From positions 1 to 55,611 of the forward strand of contig JAENWU010000001.1 in the NCBI GenBank assembly GCA_016649905.1: a stretch of 55,611 nt of DNA, written 5' to 3'. Source of the stretch: Thermoleophilia bacterium. GTDB lineage: Bacteria > Actinomycetota > Thermoleophilia > Solirubrobacterales > 70-9. The translations under genes were made by a program, and so were the position numbers. The notes beneath the pieces were generated by a model, which saw only the letters and a list, made by a program, of their open reading frames with translations, was not told the origin of the DNA and made no database searches. This document shows positions 55,421 through 55,611 of this stretch, in pieces. The stretch's first letter is position 1. Every line of letters begins with the position of its first letter.

Positions 55421-55611
55421 GCCATCCACGCAGCCGAGAAACTCGCCGAGTGGTCCTCGGCCCTGGAGTTCGAGCAGATCCCCGCCGAGGTGAGCGCGGC
55501 GGCGAAGCTCCACGTCCTCGACGCGGTCGGCTGCGGCCTGGCGGCGCTCGCCTTCGACCAGCTGGGCGCGGCGCGGGCAGTGGCGCTGGAGATGGGCGGC
55601 GAGCCGGAGGC
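55421..55611 (+). CDS. MmgE/PrpD-family protein, N-terminal part (runs off window; start codon unclear)
   Basis: AIHAAEKLAEWSSALEFEQIPAEVSAAAKLHVLDAVGCGLAALAF is a typical MmgE/PrpD N-terminus. There is no in-frame ATG/GTG/TTG after the stop at 55355-55357. An ATG at 55416 is out of frame. Confidence 0.5.

Overview
High-GC (by eye about two-thirds G+C) actinobacterium-like chromosomal window in three parts. (1) 1-19.4 kb is core genome. It holds mfd (5' partial), which reads without any stop codon into a membrane PpiC-type PPIase. It also holds eno, an ftsB-like gene, a GT-C-like membrane protein, a thermonuclease, an FbaB-type class I aldolase and a zinc-ribbon rhomboid homologue lacking every catalytic residue. 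Further core genes are a UPF0173 hydrolase, an R2lox-like di-iron protein, an ECF sigma fused to a ZAS anti-sigma/TM tail, tRNA-Leu(UAA), a TPP enzyme and ppx. (2) 19.4-37.0 kb starts at the initiator tRNA-fMet (19442-19515). Five further perfect, co-oriented copies of its 3' 43 nt follow at 23777, 24850, 30705, 35987 and 36933. I read this as a ladder of five tandemly accreted integrative islands with no intact recombinase. The islands are packed with toxin-antitoxin / abortive-infection-like two-gene modules, gene fragments and a complete 1.9-kb group IIC intron lying just after a terminator hairpin. Conserved about 106-nt arm modules lie next to three of the repeats. (3) 37-55.6 kb is metabolic and envelope genes: membrane proteins, gluconolactonase, GT4, phosphodiester glycosidase, an MFS transporter, PTP, PAP2, an ADC-family protein, cupins, a PD40/RTX secreted protein, GAF-GGDEF and an acyl-CoA ligase, plus a few rearrangement scars. 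No rRNA and no CRISPR array were seen. The best candidates for something undescribed are the uncharacterised two-gene cargo modules in the tRNA-fMet ladder, the conserved arm module, a roughly 330-nt low-GC terminator-capped non-coding stretch downstream of ppx, a 169-bp inverted-repeat element, and a 0.9-kb purine-rich non-coding tract beside the intron. All homology calls come from reading motifs by eye and from memory; no searches were run.
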